Shown piece after piece: positions 36,741 through 51,601 of a stretch of 64,000 nucleotides of DNA. This DNA comes from Octopus sinensis. Lineage: Eukaryota. The stretch spans positions 88,660,001 to 88,724,000 of the forward strand of contig NC_042998.1 of assembly GCF_006345805.1 (NCBI RefSeq). Reading direction: 5' to 3'. Made by a program: the position numbers and the translations under genes. Position 1 is the stretch's first letter. Every line of letters begins with the position of its first letter. Under the pieces are notes generated by a model. It did no database searches, was not told where the DNA came from, and saw only the letters and a list, made by a program, of their open reading frames with translations.

Positions 36741-38045
36741 ACTCTGTGTTGTTGGCTACTGTTTCTCACTGAAAATTTGCTCAGTATGTATGTATACATG
36801 CATGTATACATAGATGTATGCACACACACACATTTACATTTATATACTTGTAATAGTTATTGAGATCAGGTCAAGATATTATACTGTAATGATAAAAAGT
36901 ATTTCATTGGATTTTTAAATATTGAATGCTCCTTCTTTTCTTTTGATTTATGACCTTGCTTAGTTATTTTTCTCTCTTTGTGTATGCATATGTAGTCTCT
37001 CTCTCTCTTTCTCTCTTGATATATATATATATATATATATTTAAACATACACAAATGTGTGCATATATATATATACAGAGAGAGAGAGAGGGAGAGAGTA
37101 TGTGTGAGAGAGAGAGAAACAAATTAAGCTACCTACTATGGTAATTGCCCAATTCATAACTGTTTTATATAGTAGCTGAATATTCTCTGTTACTGATTGG
37201 ATAGAAAAAACTGGAGACAACTATCCGAGGAGTGCCTAACAAACCATGAAAAAGGGTATTAGGAGACTTCCCTCTATCATAATTCCAGACATCTAAAGTA
37301 CAGAAGGGATGTGTTTATATTCTTATTTTTCTCACAGTTAGGCTTTCTAATTTATATGTATTTTAGGACTTCTGATCTATGCTGTGTTGTGCATAAAATA
37401 TATATTATTTAATTAACGATGAACTGTCAAAAGCACAAATATGCAAATTACCATATTTGAAGGCTGTACAAGCAGTTAAACTCACCCTGCAATTTCACCA
37501 GTTCATATTCAGGAGAAAAATGTTTTTAGTACATTAAATCATGTAATATAGGGTCTACTTTGCATATAGGACCCAGGGTGATTTTTATGAGACATTTTTT
37601 TGAAAAGAGTGCATCTTATATACCATCAAATATAGTATGCTACTCACTACAGTGATTGTTTTAATTCATGACTGTTTCTTGTAACTGCTAAATATTTTAT
37701 GTTATTAGTTGGGGAGGGAAACCAGGTACATCTTCTGGCAATCAGTCTACAAACCATAGGTTTTCTTCTATGCTGTTTCCCCACCATTTTTTAAATGTCT
37801 TCATCCACCAGTCCATATTGCTTTTGTGAATGGTGTCATCTCATAATCAACCTTCTGTGGATGCTGGACTGCTTGCAGTTCTCCTCCTTCTTTAAGAACT
37901 CAATGGTGACGTGTTGCATCTGCTTGGAACCCATAATTTGCCTGCAATAGAGAACAGACAAAGAGTTACCAACACATGCAATTTAAATGACCTGTGTCAG
38001 TTAATAGAAAATTTATTCCCACTTTTGCATTATTTTCTGTACACC

Positions 38046-38080
<35 letters not shown>

Positions 38081-38579
38081 GCTTCAGAGTTTCAGCCAGC
38101 TAAAACACTTACACATACACAAGTGTCTGTATGTGTATATGGTGCATTATCACCACCGTTTTTATCGCCTCTACAGCAAGACACTTGTGCTTGTCTCTCT
38201 GTCATAATTTTGCCTTTCAGTACCTGTCATAAAACCACCTTGCCCCCTCTCTTGTATACTCTCCCACTCAGTTGATAGGGCCTATTCACTGTAAAGTTGT
38301 TGGCATTAGGGAAGGCATCCAGCAGCAGCAGAAACCAACCTTAGGCTGACATTAGACCTTGATGCAGTCCTGCAGCTCATCAGATTCTTTCTAACAAGCA
38401 AAATGCCCTCTCTTGTAGCCTACCCTCACCTGTTTCTAAGTAGTATTTACTCATGGTCAGAAATGATTCCATAGGGGACCGAAAATGTAGGACTCTACTT
38501 GCATAATGCTGACCCTCATTAACAACTATCACTTGATGTCAAGACAAGAAGGCACTAATACACACATTTCTATGTGCAC

Positions 38580-38645
38580 ACATATACACACACAACACAC
38601 AGATACACACACACACACACATAAATATATACTTTCATGCATATA

Positions 38646-38705
<60 letters not shown>

Positions 38706-38785
38706 TCTACATGCATGCATATATCTATTTATCTATCTATCTATATCAATCTGTCTATCTATCAATCTATCTATCTATCTATCTA

Positions 38786-38839
<54 letters not shown>

Positions 38840-38879
38840 CATACATATATATATATATATTATATATATATATATATAT

Positions 38880-38915
<36 letters not shown>
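38580..38915. repeat. Compound microsatellite (CA)n/(TG)n/(TA)n/(TATC)n
   Basis: Directly visible. Confidence 0.95.
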
Positions 38916-38929
38916 TGTGAAGGTGCATG

Positions 38930-39235
38930 ACTTAGGGTATTTACCTATTTGGCTATGTTGATATGGTCGTGATTTCAATTCCTGGTGGTACGTTGTCTCC
39001 TTGAGGAAGACACTTTATTGTACATAGCTGCAGTCCACTAATCTACCAAAAATGAGTTGTACCTGTAACTCAAAGGGTCAGCCATGTCACATTCTGTGTG
39101 ATGCTGAATATCCCTGAGAACTACATTAAGAGTATGCATGTCTGGGAATTGCTCAGCCACTTGCATGTTAAATTCATGTGCAGGCTGCTCCGTTGATCGA
39201 ATCAACCGGAACAGTTGCTGTTATAATCAATGTAG
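38930..39235 (+). mobile_element. Older copy of the SINE family at 51277-51601
   Basis: CCTTGAGGAAGACACTTTAT...AAAAATGAGTTGTAC...AAAGGGTCAGCC is shared, with CpG decay. Confidence 0.75.
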
Positions 39236-39329
39236 TACCATTGTATATTATATATGTGCATATACACAGGGTTCAATGAACAAACTGTCATCTAAATTAT
39301 GCAAAAATGAAAATAACACTGAAAATAAT

Positions 39330-39725
39330 GCAGGAGTGGCTGTGTGGTAAGAAGCTTACTTCCCAACCACATGGTTCCAGGTTCAGTCCCACAGCGTGGC
39401 TCCTTCGGCAAGTGTCTTCTACTATAGCCTCAGGTCAACCAAAGCCTTGTGAGTGGATTTGGTAGATGGAAACTGAAAGAAGCCCATTGTGTATATATAT
39501 GTGCGTGTGTGTATATGTTTGTGTCTGTTTGCCCACCCCCCACCACCACCACCATCGGTTGACAACCGATGCTGGTATGTTTACATCTCCCATAACTTAG
39601 CAATTTGGTAAAACAGTCTGATAGGAAAAGCACTAGGCTTACAAAGAATGAGTCCTGGGGTTAATTTGTTTGACTAAAAGCAGCAGTGCCCCAGCATGGC
39701 CACAGTCAAAAGACTGAAACAAATA
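39330..39725 (+). mobile_element. tRNA-derived SINE (60237 family)
   Basis: GCAGGAGTGGCTGTGTGGTAAG...GTGAGTGGATTTGGTAGATGGAAACTGAAAGAAGCC...GACTGAAACAAATAAAA. Confidence 0.85.
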
Positions 39726-39798
39726 AAAGCGTATCTCATTTTAACAGATATATTTACCAAAATTACATAAAAATATCTTGAAATACTAATGAGTAAAT

Positions 39799-40292
39799 TT
39801 ATTCTATAAAATTGCCAGTAGCTTAAACCACAGCCTCCAGATTACTCCAGAATCTCTTGCAATTCTTCTGAACAGTTTCCTTGTTTAAGTTGGTGAATGC
39901 TGTCATAATCCTTACCTTCAATTCATCTTTGATGTTACAAGGAGTTTTGTTGGTCTCTCACTCAACTGCGCCCCACACATAATAATCAAAGGAGGTTGCA
40001 GTCTGGTGAATTAGGTGGCCAGAAGTTAAAGGTGATGTGGTCACAGAAATTATCTGACAGCCATGACTGGGTTCTCCTGCTTATGCGGCATGGTGCAAAA
40101 TCTGTTGCTAGGTATAAGGTCTTTCAGTAGCCACCCTCTTGACTCAGAGCAGCACTACCTCCTCCAGGCACTTGATGTAGACCTCTGTGTTGAGTCTGAG
40201 GTTGTGTGGGAAGATGAATGGAGGCATAATGTTGCCATCTAGTGATCACTCCAAACACTATGATGTTGATTGGATCTTTGATTTTCATCACT
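39799..40292 (-). mobile_element. Degraded maT-type (DD37D) mariner transposase C-terminal half
   Basis: Reconstructed DFAPCRISRRTQSWLSDNFCDHITFNFWPPNSPDCN(PL)DYYVWGAVE has 37 residues between the second and third Asp. It ends GNFIE*. Confidence 0.8.
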
Positions 40293-40550
40293 CTCGGTGC
40301 ATGTCCTCAGATTGACACCCAAACACTTTGAAATGTTTGTATTGGAGCTTCTGGCACGAGTATTAAGCAGTACAGCATGTCGTTTCCAAATTTCAGGCAG
40401 AGTGAATTGTGTCATGGTGCTGTTTTTCTCTCAGACGGTGCCCAACTGACCCTACTATACTGTATAGTTGATAAAATCAAAAACAAACAATGCACATACA
40501 AAATTAAAAATATAAAATGGCATCACATGCTTTATATGTATATATATATA

Positions 40551-41060
40551 TATCATCATCATCATCATCATCATCATCATTTAGCGTCCGTTTTCCATGC
40601 TAGCATGGGTTGGACGGTTCAACTGGGGTCTGGGGAGCCCGAAGGCTGCACCAGGCCAGTCAGATCTGGCAGTGTTTCTACAGCTGGATGCCCTTCCTAA
40701 CGCCAACCACTCCGAGAGTGTAGTGGGTGATTTTATGTGCCACCGACACAGTGCCAGACGAGGCTGGCGAACGGCCACGCTCGGATGGTGTTTTTATGTG
40801 CCACCGACACAGTGCCAGACGAGGCTGGCAGACGGCCACGCTCGGATGGTGTTTTTATGTGCCACCGACACAGGTGCCAGATGAGGCTGGCAGGTGCCAG
40901 ACGAGGCTGGCAGACGGCCACGCTCGGATGGTGTTTTTATGTGCCACCGACACAGGTGCCAGATGAGGCTGGCGGACGGCCACGATCGGATGGTGTTTGT
41001 TACGTCCCCAAAGCACGGAGGCCAGTCTATGCGGTACTGGCTACGGCCACGTTCGGATGA
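40551..41060 (-). mobile_element. RTE 3'-UTR element with an internally amplified unit of about 60 bp
   Basis: (CAT)n tail at 40551. The unit TTTATGTGCCACCGACACAG(G)TGCCAGACGAGGCTGGC..ACGGCCACGCTCGGATGGTG occurs 4-5 times. Confidence 0.9.
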
Positions 41061-42476
41061 TTTTCTTATATATATATATATATATATATGTATACTTATA
41101 TACGCATGTATGTCTTTATATGTATGTATGCCTTGTGAGTGAAATTTATTTTGTTTCATTCAAAAAATTTTTGTTAGCCTGTGTGTATAGAAGACATTTG
41201 CCAAATGTACCATGCAGTGGGATTGATCCCAAAACCATGTGGTTGCAAAGTGAACTTTATTACCACACAGCCATGCCCACTCCTTAATACACACATACAC
41301 ACAATTGTACTTCCAAATATATATATATGCCAGGTTTACTATGCAGGTATATCTACTTGTGTGTATTAGTCTTATTAAATGCTTTGCATTATGTATGTAA
41401 GTGACCAGCTTCATATACTGAACAGCTGAATGTGTTGTATCATTTGAGGTGTAATCTCATTGCCAATTTGAGTCAAAAAGGAAAAAAAAAACCAAAACAA
41501 AAGACAAATCAATTGAACACATTTGATGTTGTGTTTCATCCATGATTTCAGACTTAACATCTTTTACAAAGGCAATACCATTATATTACTGTTATAATAC
41601 AGGAGTTTATGAGGTGTTAGCAAATCTATAGATATATTAGAAAATCATGTTAGAAGTGAGGTGGGTGGTTTTTATTTATTTTTTAATTTTTTTTTTGATG
41701 CCACTGGCAACGTAGAAGCTTTTCTATAAGCTATAATTACGTGGTTACGTTTTAATCAGCTGTAATCAGATTTAATGAGAATTAGTTTCAGTGTTGACCT
41801 ATCAATACCTATAATGTTCATACTTAATCCAAAAAGCGAGCATTGATCAAACGACTGTTATTAGTTCACTTATGTAAATATTGACCTCTGTTACTTAGCA
41901 GCTTACGCTGTTTATTTGTTGTCGACTTCAGTTGATCTCACCTCTTAAACTTTCTGTCTTTTTTTTTTTATTATTTAAAAATAAGTTTTAATCTTGATTT
42001 TGTGTATTCAAATGTTAGAAAAGTATATAATGAGCTTATTTATCATCATCACATGTTTCAAATCAGGTTAGCTTGGTTTGAATAAGGGATAAGAATTTAA
42101 ATTTATATTTTTGTTCATTATTAATATTATTATTATTATAATTGTTAATTCCTAGTTTTTAATTTTAATTTTTAAAAATATTTTTATCAATTCTCAAGTT
42201 ATAATATATTTTTAAAAAATCTAAGGTGCTTTGTGAAGAGAAATACTTAGCAGTGTGTAGTGTATATAATCAGATCAGATTTTGAAATATTTCAGAAATG
42301 GAAATTATAAATTTAATTAAAGATCTAAATTCAAATTAATAAACATAGGTTATTTATTTATTTTTTTTAATTGCTTTAAATTTAATTCAGATTCATGTTT
42401 GAATTATCAGTTAAGTTATTTCTTTAGTGTAATTTTTAGTTAAAACAAGGTATTTTTTATCCATACGAAATTTCAA

Positions 42477-42508
<32 letters not shown>

Positions 42509-45500
42509 CACATGCACGTGTGTGTGTTTGCGGACACGTATATGTATGTATATGCGATGTAAATGTAATGGACAATAAAAGAACAACAGAAGAGGAACAA
42601 AGTTTGACAAATAAGGTGTTTGTGGTGTGTGTATATATGTATGTAAAATGGATGTTCCCACCCTTGCTTTGAATGGATATAAAACATTTCCATACTGCTT
42701 TGGTCTTCATAATTTTATATATGAAGCATTATGTTCTGTATATTTTCTAGTTTGCTTGAAGCAGAATAAAGAAAAATAAATGGAAAAAAAAATTTTTTTT
42801 CTCTTATGGAACTTTCATGAGGTATCAAAATTTTAGTCGTTCAACTGTGACTTGGTCACTCATAGTTTTACTGAGTTTATGTAGAACTGTACCAGTGACC
42901 AGGACACAGATGTATGACAAAAATTTTGTCATTTTATGAATGAATTTATTGTGAACTTAATAACAGCTTTCCTGTGTTTATGAAGTGGCTCTTTCAGTTG
43001 CTTCAGTTTCTACTCACCATCTCAAATCAAATTACCTGTGTGACAAGTACAACTTTGGAAACTTTTAAATCTTTAATTCAGTTCATAATATATTTTTCTG
43101 TTTCTTTTGTTTCCTATCCTTTTCATACTTCTTTGCTTATCTACCATTCTAAATTCTGATGTGAAATATTAACCTAGCATTTCAAGTTTTACTTGAACTT
43201 TCTCAGCCATATCAACAAAAATTTTAATCAGTCTTAGGTTATTAACATATTCATGGTTTTCAGGTTTTGTTTTACCTCTGTTCAAATTTTGGCTTCCTAT
43301 GTTAAAAGATGAGCCTATAGTCTGAGGCTACAGTGTTTCATACCAGAGTAGACACCAGTATATTGATTTTAGGACATCAACTAATAAATCATGTAATTAA
43401 ATATGTGTTTTTTAGAAACCCGATGAAAGAACTTTGATTCAGAGATCACTCATGCATATGAATTGATAGTGTGTTGTTGAAAAATTCATTTTCTTGGTAG
43501 ATCAACCCACATTATTGAGTGATTCTGGCAATACTACTAGGAAGCTGTGTATCAGAAATTATAGGTATAATTAATTCATTCAGGTGCTTAATTTAGTTTT
43601 CCAAGAGTTCTATGGTCAAAAGTGTTCCAGTCATAACCATTGTCTTTTATTTAAATGGTGTAGTTAAGACTACATTAGCCAATATACCCTACATGTTTTT
43701 AAAGAAAATAGGTTGTGGAGATTGGACAGTTATTTCTAATAAGTCAAGCCACGACATAGAGGTTCTCTTTACAAACAAGAGTAGGTTGTTGTAGTTTAGC
43801 TTGAAATCAGCTTTGATTCAGCAGATGTATGATTGAGAAGTGTTCTATCCATGTCAGTCCTATACTTACACTTTTCTCTTGGCGAAGTGTACCCTGGACT
43901 ACATTTTTGGGTCTTTGATTTGCTACGTCAGAAGATATTATTGGTTTCTTTTTAACTTGGCACAATTTAATGTTTTGGAAAGGGAAGATATAAGGAGTGT
44001 GGTGCTCATAATTTGTCCAACAGTAACTGTGGTATGAAAAAATGTGAAATAGATTCAATCAGTGATGGAAGCTGTAATGACTACAGTATATATTTGGTTG
44101 AGGTTGAGCTTAGAGTATTATTGATTGTTATTAGCGAAGGAGGAAACCTCAACTTGGTTGTTTGTTGTGTTTCAAACAGCTGCCCAATTCCTTTTAAACT
44201 ACACTCTTAACATTTCCAAAAGAAAAAAAAAATTGGATATGTACCCCTAGATGGACAATGTCTGAAATCAAACATTGATTACAACAGTAATTGGTTTAGT
44301 TTATTGTATTGATCTTAGAAGAATAAAGCAAAGCAAAAAAGTTCTCCACCTTGACTGCATTTGAACCTAGAACAAGAAAATAATGAACTCGTTACAATAC
44401 TTAGTAGTTTTGGCCTCATTTCTGTGCTAAATATTTAACAGTGTTAAGCCAGCTTCATACTTTTATATTCCGTGTTTAAATCCCATTAAACCTGTCTTTA
44501 CCTTTCATTCCTTCAGGATTGACAAAACAACTACTATATCCTGTAGCACCAAACTAATTACCTACATCTCTTTCTTTTAACAAAATTGACCTTGTGCCTA
44601 TGTAAGAAATCATTATCACCATCTTTGTTGTCATCACCGTCATCATTATCATCTCTTTACAAGGTTTTACTGTTGTTTGTTTTGAGCTGATTAAACTGGA
44701 GTCATCTTGGTGTATTTGATACAATAGCTTTTCAAGAACATAATAGAAGCTGCATCGGCTGTGCAACATTTTGTGTTTTGTTTCTACAATTCATTGTTGC
44801 CCATTTGGACTAATGCCATTTTTCTATATCTAGAATATCCAGTTTTTCTTTAGTGTATCACTCAAACTTCTTTGTGACAGTAGGCAATGGTTGGTATTAG
44901 AACATGAAGCCACTACTCTACTAATAATGATAATGCTTTTATGTAGTTAGCTAAGAGTGAAATGTTAGCTACAAGTTAGCTGTGACTCTATAGTTTAGTA
45001 GTGTTAGTCGATCTCTGAAAAGAAGTTAGTATTGGAGTGCTAAGTGACTTCTATTCTAGTATTGGTATACTAGGATATTATGAGTCAAACCAGCCAAGAA
45101 GTCATTTGGTGATAACTGTTGTCACCAGTACATTGTCTGTTACAGTGAAACCCTAGTCCTGTTCAACCCTTGTTGAAAAGAACTAAAATTAAGTGTTACA
45201 GCTGTGACCACCCTATCTTTTTGTATTTCATGACTACATGTACTAATGTGTTCTTCACTTTTTTAATATGGTACTCTAAGTTGAAGGGATTTGGCTGCCA
45301 TTTCTAGCAGGTTGAAAGAACCACCTAAAAGTTTTCATTATTGGCTTGTGCATTGTAGTTTTGACAAAGGTAATTAACATACAGTGAACAAGTTCACCTA
45401 TCTGTATGTAACTAGATATTACAAGTTGGTATAGCTGAACACTCTATGTAGCTGGAACACTGTAAGAATGATGAGTGTTTGAATCACTTGCTGTATGTAT

Positions 45501-46179
45501 ATCAGTTCTACTTGTGGGTTTAGACGAGGCAATGGAAACTGATCCTGTGAATTATTATGCAGAAACTGAATCTTCTGTTGTGACTATGCCTCCAGTAGGG
45601 TTGTGGGGACAAAGAAAAGAAAAACAACAAAAACAAAAATAAAAACAATACAGACTAAATAATGGGTTTTTGTGAACCTAGCTGGATATGAGTATGGTGC
45701 ATTATGTATAGAACAGTAACATGTCTAAAATAGGAACTTCTTGATTAAAGGCATAAAGGTAACATAGGAAATAGTACTGGCTCCCTATGTAACAGTGGGT
45801 TGTTGAGTTCAATACTGGTGGTGAAGATATTAGAGAGCATAGAATCCTGGGAAATGTTGACTGAAAAGTTTAAAGGATGTTTGATACTGACGGATACTAG
45901 GAGATTCTCTCCCAAAATATAACAGTTATTCTTTACATATGCAAGTCAGCAGGGTTTGTTCTGAACCCTATTTTCTTAACAATGAACTTGCTGGCCACCT
46001 CTTAGCAAAGCGCATCCTTGGGGGAACTGTGCTGGCCAAAATGAGTGGGATGCTGGACCACAACACAGATGGGTCCCAATACACTTCCATATTAATCTGA
46101 ATGATAAAATAAAATAGAGTATCCATATGATTTTTTCTTCATTTTTATTATGATGAGTTTTATTATGTTATATATATAT

Positions 46180-46805
46180 ATGAGACCCCTGACAATATGC
46201 TGTGTGTGAGAAGGCTCGTCAGGTCAAGTGAAATCATAGTTGTGGCCATTGCCAGTGCTATGTAAATGGCACCCATGAATCGTAGTTGTGGTCGTTGACC
46301 CATTACACCCCTGGAATGGTTGGTATTAGGAAGGGCACCCAGCTGTAGAAATCATGTCAAATCAGACTGGAACCTGGTGCAGCTCTCTGGCTTATCAGCT
46401 CCAGTCAAATCATCTAACCCATACCAGTTAAATGATGGTGATGATAATGATGACGACGACGATGGTGATGATTACTATATTATATATAATATTATATATT
46501 GTATCATGTATAATATCATATAATAGTATATATCATATAAGCCGAGCAAAATCACAGTCATGGTAGATACCGGTGTCATGCAAATGGCACCCATGCTAAT
46601 GGTACATAAATGCACCCCGGTGTCATGTAAAAGCACCCATTACACTCTTGGGGTGGTTGGTGTTAGGAAGGGCATCAAGCTGTAGAAAACCTTGCCAAAT
46701 CAGACTGGAGCCTGATGCAGCCTTCCAGCATGCCAGCCTGGTCAAACCGTCTAAGCCATGCCAGCATGGACAACAACAATTAAATGATGATGATGATGAT
46801 GATGA
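46180..46805 (+). mobile_element. Degraded RTE 3'-UTR fragments, two tails in tandem
   Basis: Two GGTTGG..TTAGGAAGGGCA modules, each followed by (GAT)n. Confidence 0.7.
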
Positions 46806-46844
46806 ATATTATGTATAATATATATTATATCCTATAAAGTATTA

Positions 46845-47150
46845 TCACCGTGACCGACCGGGCTATCAGATGTTGCTACACATTGCTGGTCACAATGCGC
46901 TTCGCATTGTTTTAGCCTTCAAATGACACCACCCCGCTGGCTAAGCAAGCAGGCCAACAGAAGAAAGAATGAGAGAAAGTTGTGGTGAAAGAGTACAGCA
47001 GGGATCACCACCACCCCCTGCTGGAGCCACGTGGAGCTTTAGGTGCTTTCGCTCAATAAACACTCACAAGGCCCAGTCTGGGAATCGAAACCACGATCCT
47101 ACAACCGTGAGTCTGCTGCCCTAACCACTGGGCCATTGTGCCTCCACATT
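46845..47150 (-). mobile_element. SINE of the 29749 family
   Basis: TCACCGTGACCGACCGGGCTATCAGATGTTGCTACACAT... is the reverse complement of the 29749 family 3' end. Confidence 0.85.
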
Positions 47151-49023
47151 AAGTATTATATACAATATTATTATATTAAACTTGGAGATTCTTCAATCTT
47201 TATAGTTACCTCATGAGAAATACTGGACTATCAGCAGAACTTGTAGGTAACACATTATAAGGAACATTTCAGAAAAGCTACTAGAAGAGCTATGGTACAT
47301 GGCTGGCAGAGGAATACTTTGTATGGACTGAGGATAGAGTATTGAATGGGGATAACAGTAAAAGAGGCACTAGTCATAAAACTTTTGCTAGGGAGTTAAT
47401 TGCTATTTAGCAATCTTTTACTGAGTTTTTTTTTTTTTTGTGCACACAGGAGCAAAACCATACTACATGCTCTCATGCAATGTTTGAGCATTTTTTTCTT
47501 GTGAAGTTATGTTGAACAGATGTCAGTTGGATGTAGAACTGAACTAGCTATCAAGTGAGTCTATTGTGAAGGGTTCCACATTACTCTCCTTTAATAGGCA
47601 GGCATTTCCCTATGTCTGGTGTGTGTATAGTGAAAGAGGTTGTGCGATGACCAAAGCTGAAAAGATCAAATACAGATATTGTCCCTGTTGGTAAGCCCTC
47701 ATTTTCAAAAAAGAAATTAGGGGTGAAGAGAGAAGTGCTCTCCTGTAGTGAAATTTTCAAATAGTAGGAACTTTGGTGAAAATGGATAGAGTGAATAGAA
47801 CTACTATAAGCACACATTTTTTGGTCAGAGAGCGACAGTTGGGAGAGGGCAAGTGCCTTTAGTGGTCTTATTTACAGTCTCTCCTGTATCAGGAGCACTG
47901 TATCATCCATGTATTATGTATACTATGTATATTTTTCATTTCATTTCTCCTCTATTTTTTCCTTTTCATCTGATTTAATATAAATCTCTCTCACATTTAA
48001 ATATGACTTTGTAAAATCCTGTGATCTATGCCCCCATATGAAATAAAAGATATGATGAGGCGGAGGAGGATGATTATAATAATAATAATAATAATAATGA
48101 TAAAAATAGTCCTCATCATCATTATTCAATTGTTAGTAAATTGATGAACACAATGTTTTAAAAATATGAGTCTTGTTTCTGGTATAAATTGATGAGAATT
48201 TATCAAACAATAAACGAATAAATGAAACTGTACACAAAGAAATATCAGGTTTCAGTTGATTTTGGGTTGCCATGTTCTAGTTGTTTTGTTGTTTTTTTTT
48301 TTGTTTTTATATCTATATAATATGGTCATAATAAAAATTGATCGGTGCATTGGTTTGATCACCAGAGTTAACTGAGTGCAGTTTAGTCAAAGACAAGGCC
48401 TTTCTCAGTTTCAAAAACAAGCAGCACCTGTCCACTTGCTCATCCTAAGAAATGCAGGTTAGATGATATTGAATGCAGTCTAAAGTGAAATGCTTTGGCA
48501 TTAACATTGACTTGGGCACATGTCTGAAAAAGATGTAGAAGCAGGATATGACTAAGTTAACTTGGTCTACATGGTGTTTCCAACACCTGTCTGTGGGGAA
48601 AACAATGGACAGAAAAATATTAATATTAGTGGTGGTGGTAGTAGTAGTAGTAGTAATAGTAGTAGTAGTAGTAGCGGTAGTGGTGGTGGTGGTGGCAGTA
48701 GTAGTTTTTGTTAGTTTAGTTGTAGTTATTGTTCTCAGCTACTTTACACTGCACATAGTTATAGATTATTTAGATTATTACTGTCAGAAATCAATAAATA
48801 ATAACAACCCTGTCTTGATGCATTTGTTATGCACACTATATCATGTATTGAAAAATACATCTAGACACGCCCACACACACATACACACAAACACCTCTCC
48901 CTCTCTCTCTCTCACACACACTCACACTCACACACACACAATGCTGAAATAAAATTTCTCAGGATAAGAAATATTTCATGTGTGGTGGATTTAGAAAGAA
49001 CTTGATGAACAAGGTAATATATA

Positions 49024-49058
<35 letters not shown>

Positions 49059-49067
49059 TATATATAT

Positions 49068-49103
<36 letters not shown>

Positions 49104-49358
49104 ACCTGCTAATGTAACAAAAGAAATGTTAAGCTAGTATCAATAAAACTTGCTGGGACACACCCTCTTTTAACCTTCAGTTAATAAAGGTTTAGTCAGT
49201 GTATTTTAATTTAATATGCTTTTGCATGTAGTATACATGTGGGTGTATGGAGCAATTTGTTGTCAAGAAGTAGCTAGATATGGTTGATGCATGCATATAT
49301 GTATGTATGTGTATATATGCATGTATGTATATATGTATCTATACATATGTGTGTATGA

Positions 49359-49391
<33 letters not shown>

Positions 49392-49869
49392 ATATATAAT
49401 AATAAAAATAATAATAATAATAAAGGTGGCTAAATGCAATATAAAACCAAAAAGGAAAAGTTCAGTTGTCACTAATAGTAACTGAGGGTGCAGGGTAGCA
49501 CCTATATTGCTAGAAACAAGAGTCTAAGACCCTTATATCCACGAAAGGCATATGCTGTGTATTGACAGGGGAGATAACTACCTACAGCGAACAATATCAC
49601 TATACTAGCAAGCTAGTTTTGCTTGGACTTAAAGCTTGTCAGTTGTGACTACTCCATTGCTGTTGGTTAAATCTTACCTGTCAGTATTTAGTATTTACCA
49701 TCTGAATGAATAGCTGATTCAGCAAAATAGCAATGTGAAAATTATAAAAAAGTGACTGTGGATATATATACATACACCCAGCAGGCTAGCTTCTGTGAAA
49801 CCGTCCAACACATGCCAGCATGGAAAATTGACATTGAACAATGATGATTATTTATGTATATATATAAGA

Positions 49870-50816
<947 letters not shown>

Positions 50817-51276
50817 GCATACATATACACATATAGTTATAAGGCTAGTTATATATAGAGGTGGGAGGTTATATGCAGTATTGTGACATTCTGCTCTTTC
50901 CCAAAGGGCATTGACACAGCTACAGGGGTTGGTATGAAATCATGCTTTGTCATTTTTTGTATTAGTATTTTATTTATTTATTGTCATTATGATGCTTTTA
51001 CTATTTCATTATCATCATCACTGTCATTACTACCTTTACTTCTGTTTGTTTTTGGAAATGGCTAAGCGAGAAGAGTGCCATGTAAAATACTTCACAATAT
51101 TATTTTGGGGCTTCTTTGTTTTGAGTTCAAATCATTCAGTTGCCAATTTTCTCTGTCATCTTTCTTGGCTTAGTATATGACAAAAAGTACCATAACATAC
51201 TGCAAAACCCTCTCATAACTGATTTTACATCTAATCAGTAGAAGTTATTTGGCAGCATTACTAGAGCACCCTTCTA

Positions 51277-51601
51277 GAAGAAGACTCCGCCGGTTACGAC
51301 GACGAGGGTCCCAGCTGATACGATCAACGGAACAGCTTGCTCGTGAAATTAACGTGCAAATGGCTGAGCATTCCACAGACACGTGTACCCTTAACGTAGT
51401 TCTCGGGGATAATCAGTGTGACACAGAGAGTGACAAGGCTGACCCTTTGAAATACAAGTACAACTCATTTTTGCCAGCTGAGTGGACTGGAGCAACGTGA
51501 AATAAAGTGTCTTGCTCAAGGACACAACGCGTCGCCGGGAATCGAACTCACAACCTTACGATCATGAGCCGAATGCCCTAACCACTAAGCCACGCGCCCT
51601 C
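51277..51601 (-). mobile_element. Young full-length tRNA-derived SINE with a perfect 17-bp TSD
   Basis: ACTAGAGCACCCTTCTA at 51260-51276 and 51602-51618. The minus strand starts GAGGGCGCGTGGCTTAGTGG (A box), has GAGTTCGATTCCC (B box) and ends in (TTC)n. Confidence 0.95.

Noticed and set aside
40727-41060. Regular 60-bp repeats resembling a CRISPR array
   Set aside because: There are no unique spacers, the repeats lie inside an RTE 3' UTR, the context is eukaryotic and no cas genes are present.
48548-48952. Poly-Val hydrophobic ORF resembling a membrane protein
   Set aside because: It is encoded by a (GTA)n/(GTG)n microsatellite.
51540-51601. tRNA-like sequence here and at 29749 and 60237
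   Set aside because: These are SINE heads with A/B boxes but no complete cloverleaf, and they continue into SINE bodies.
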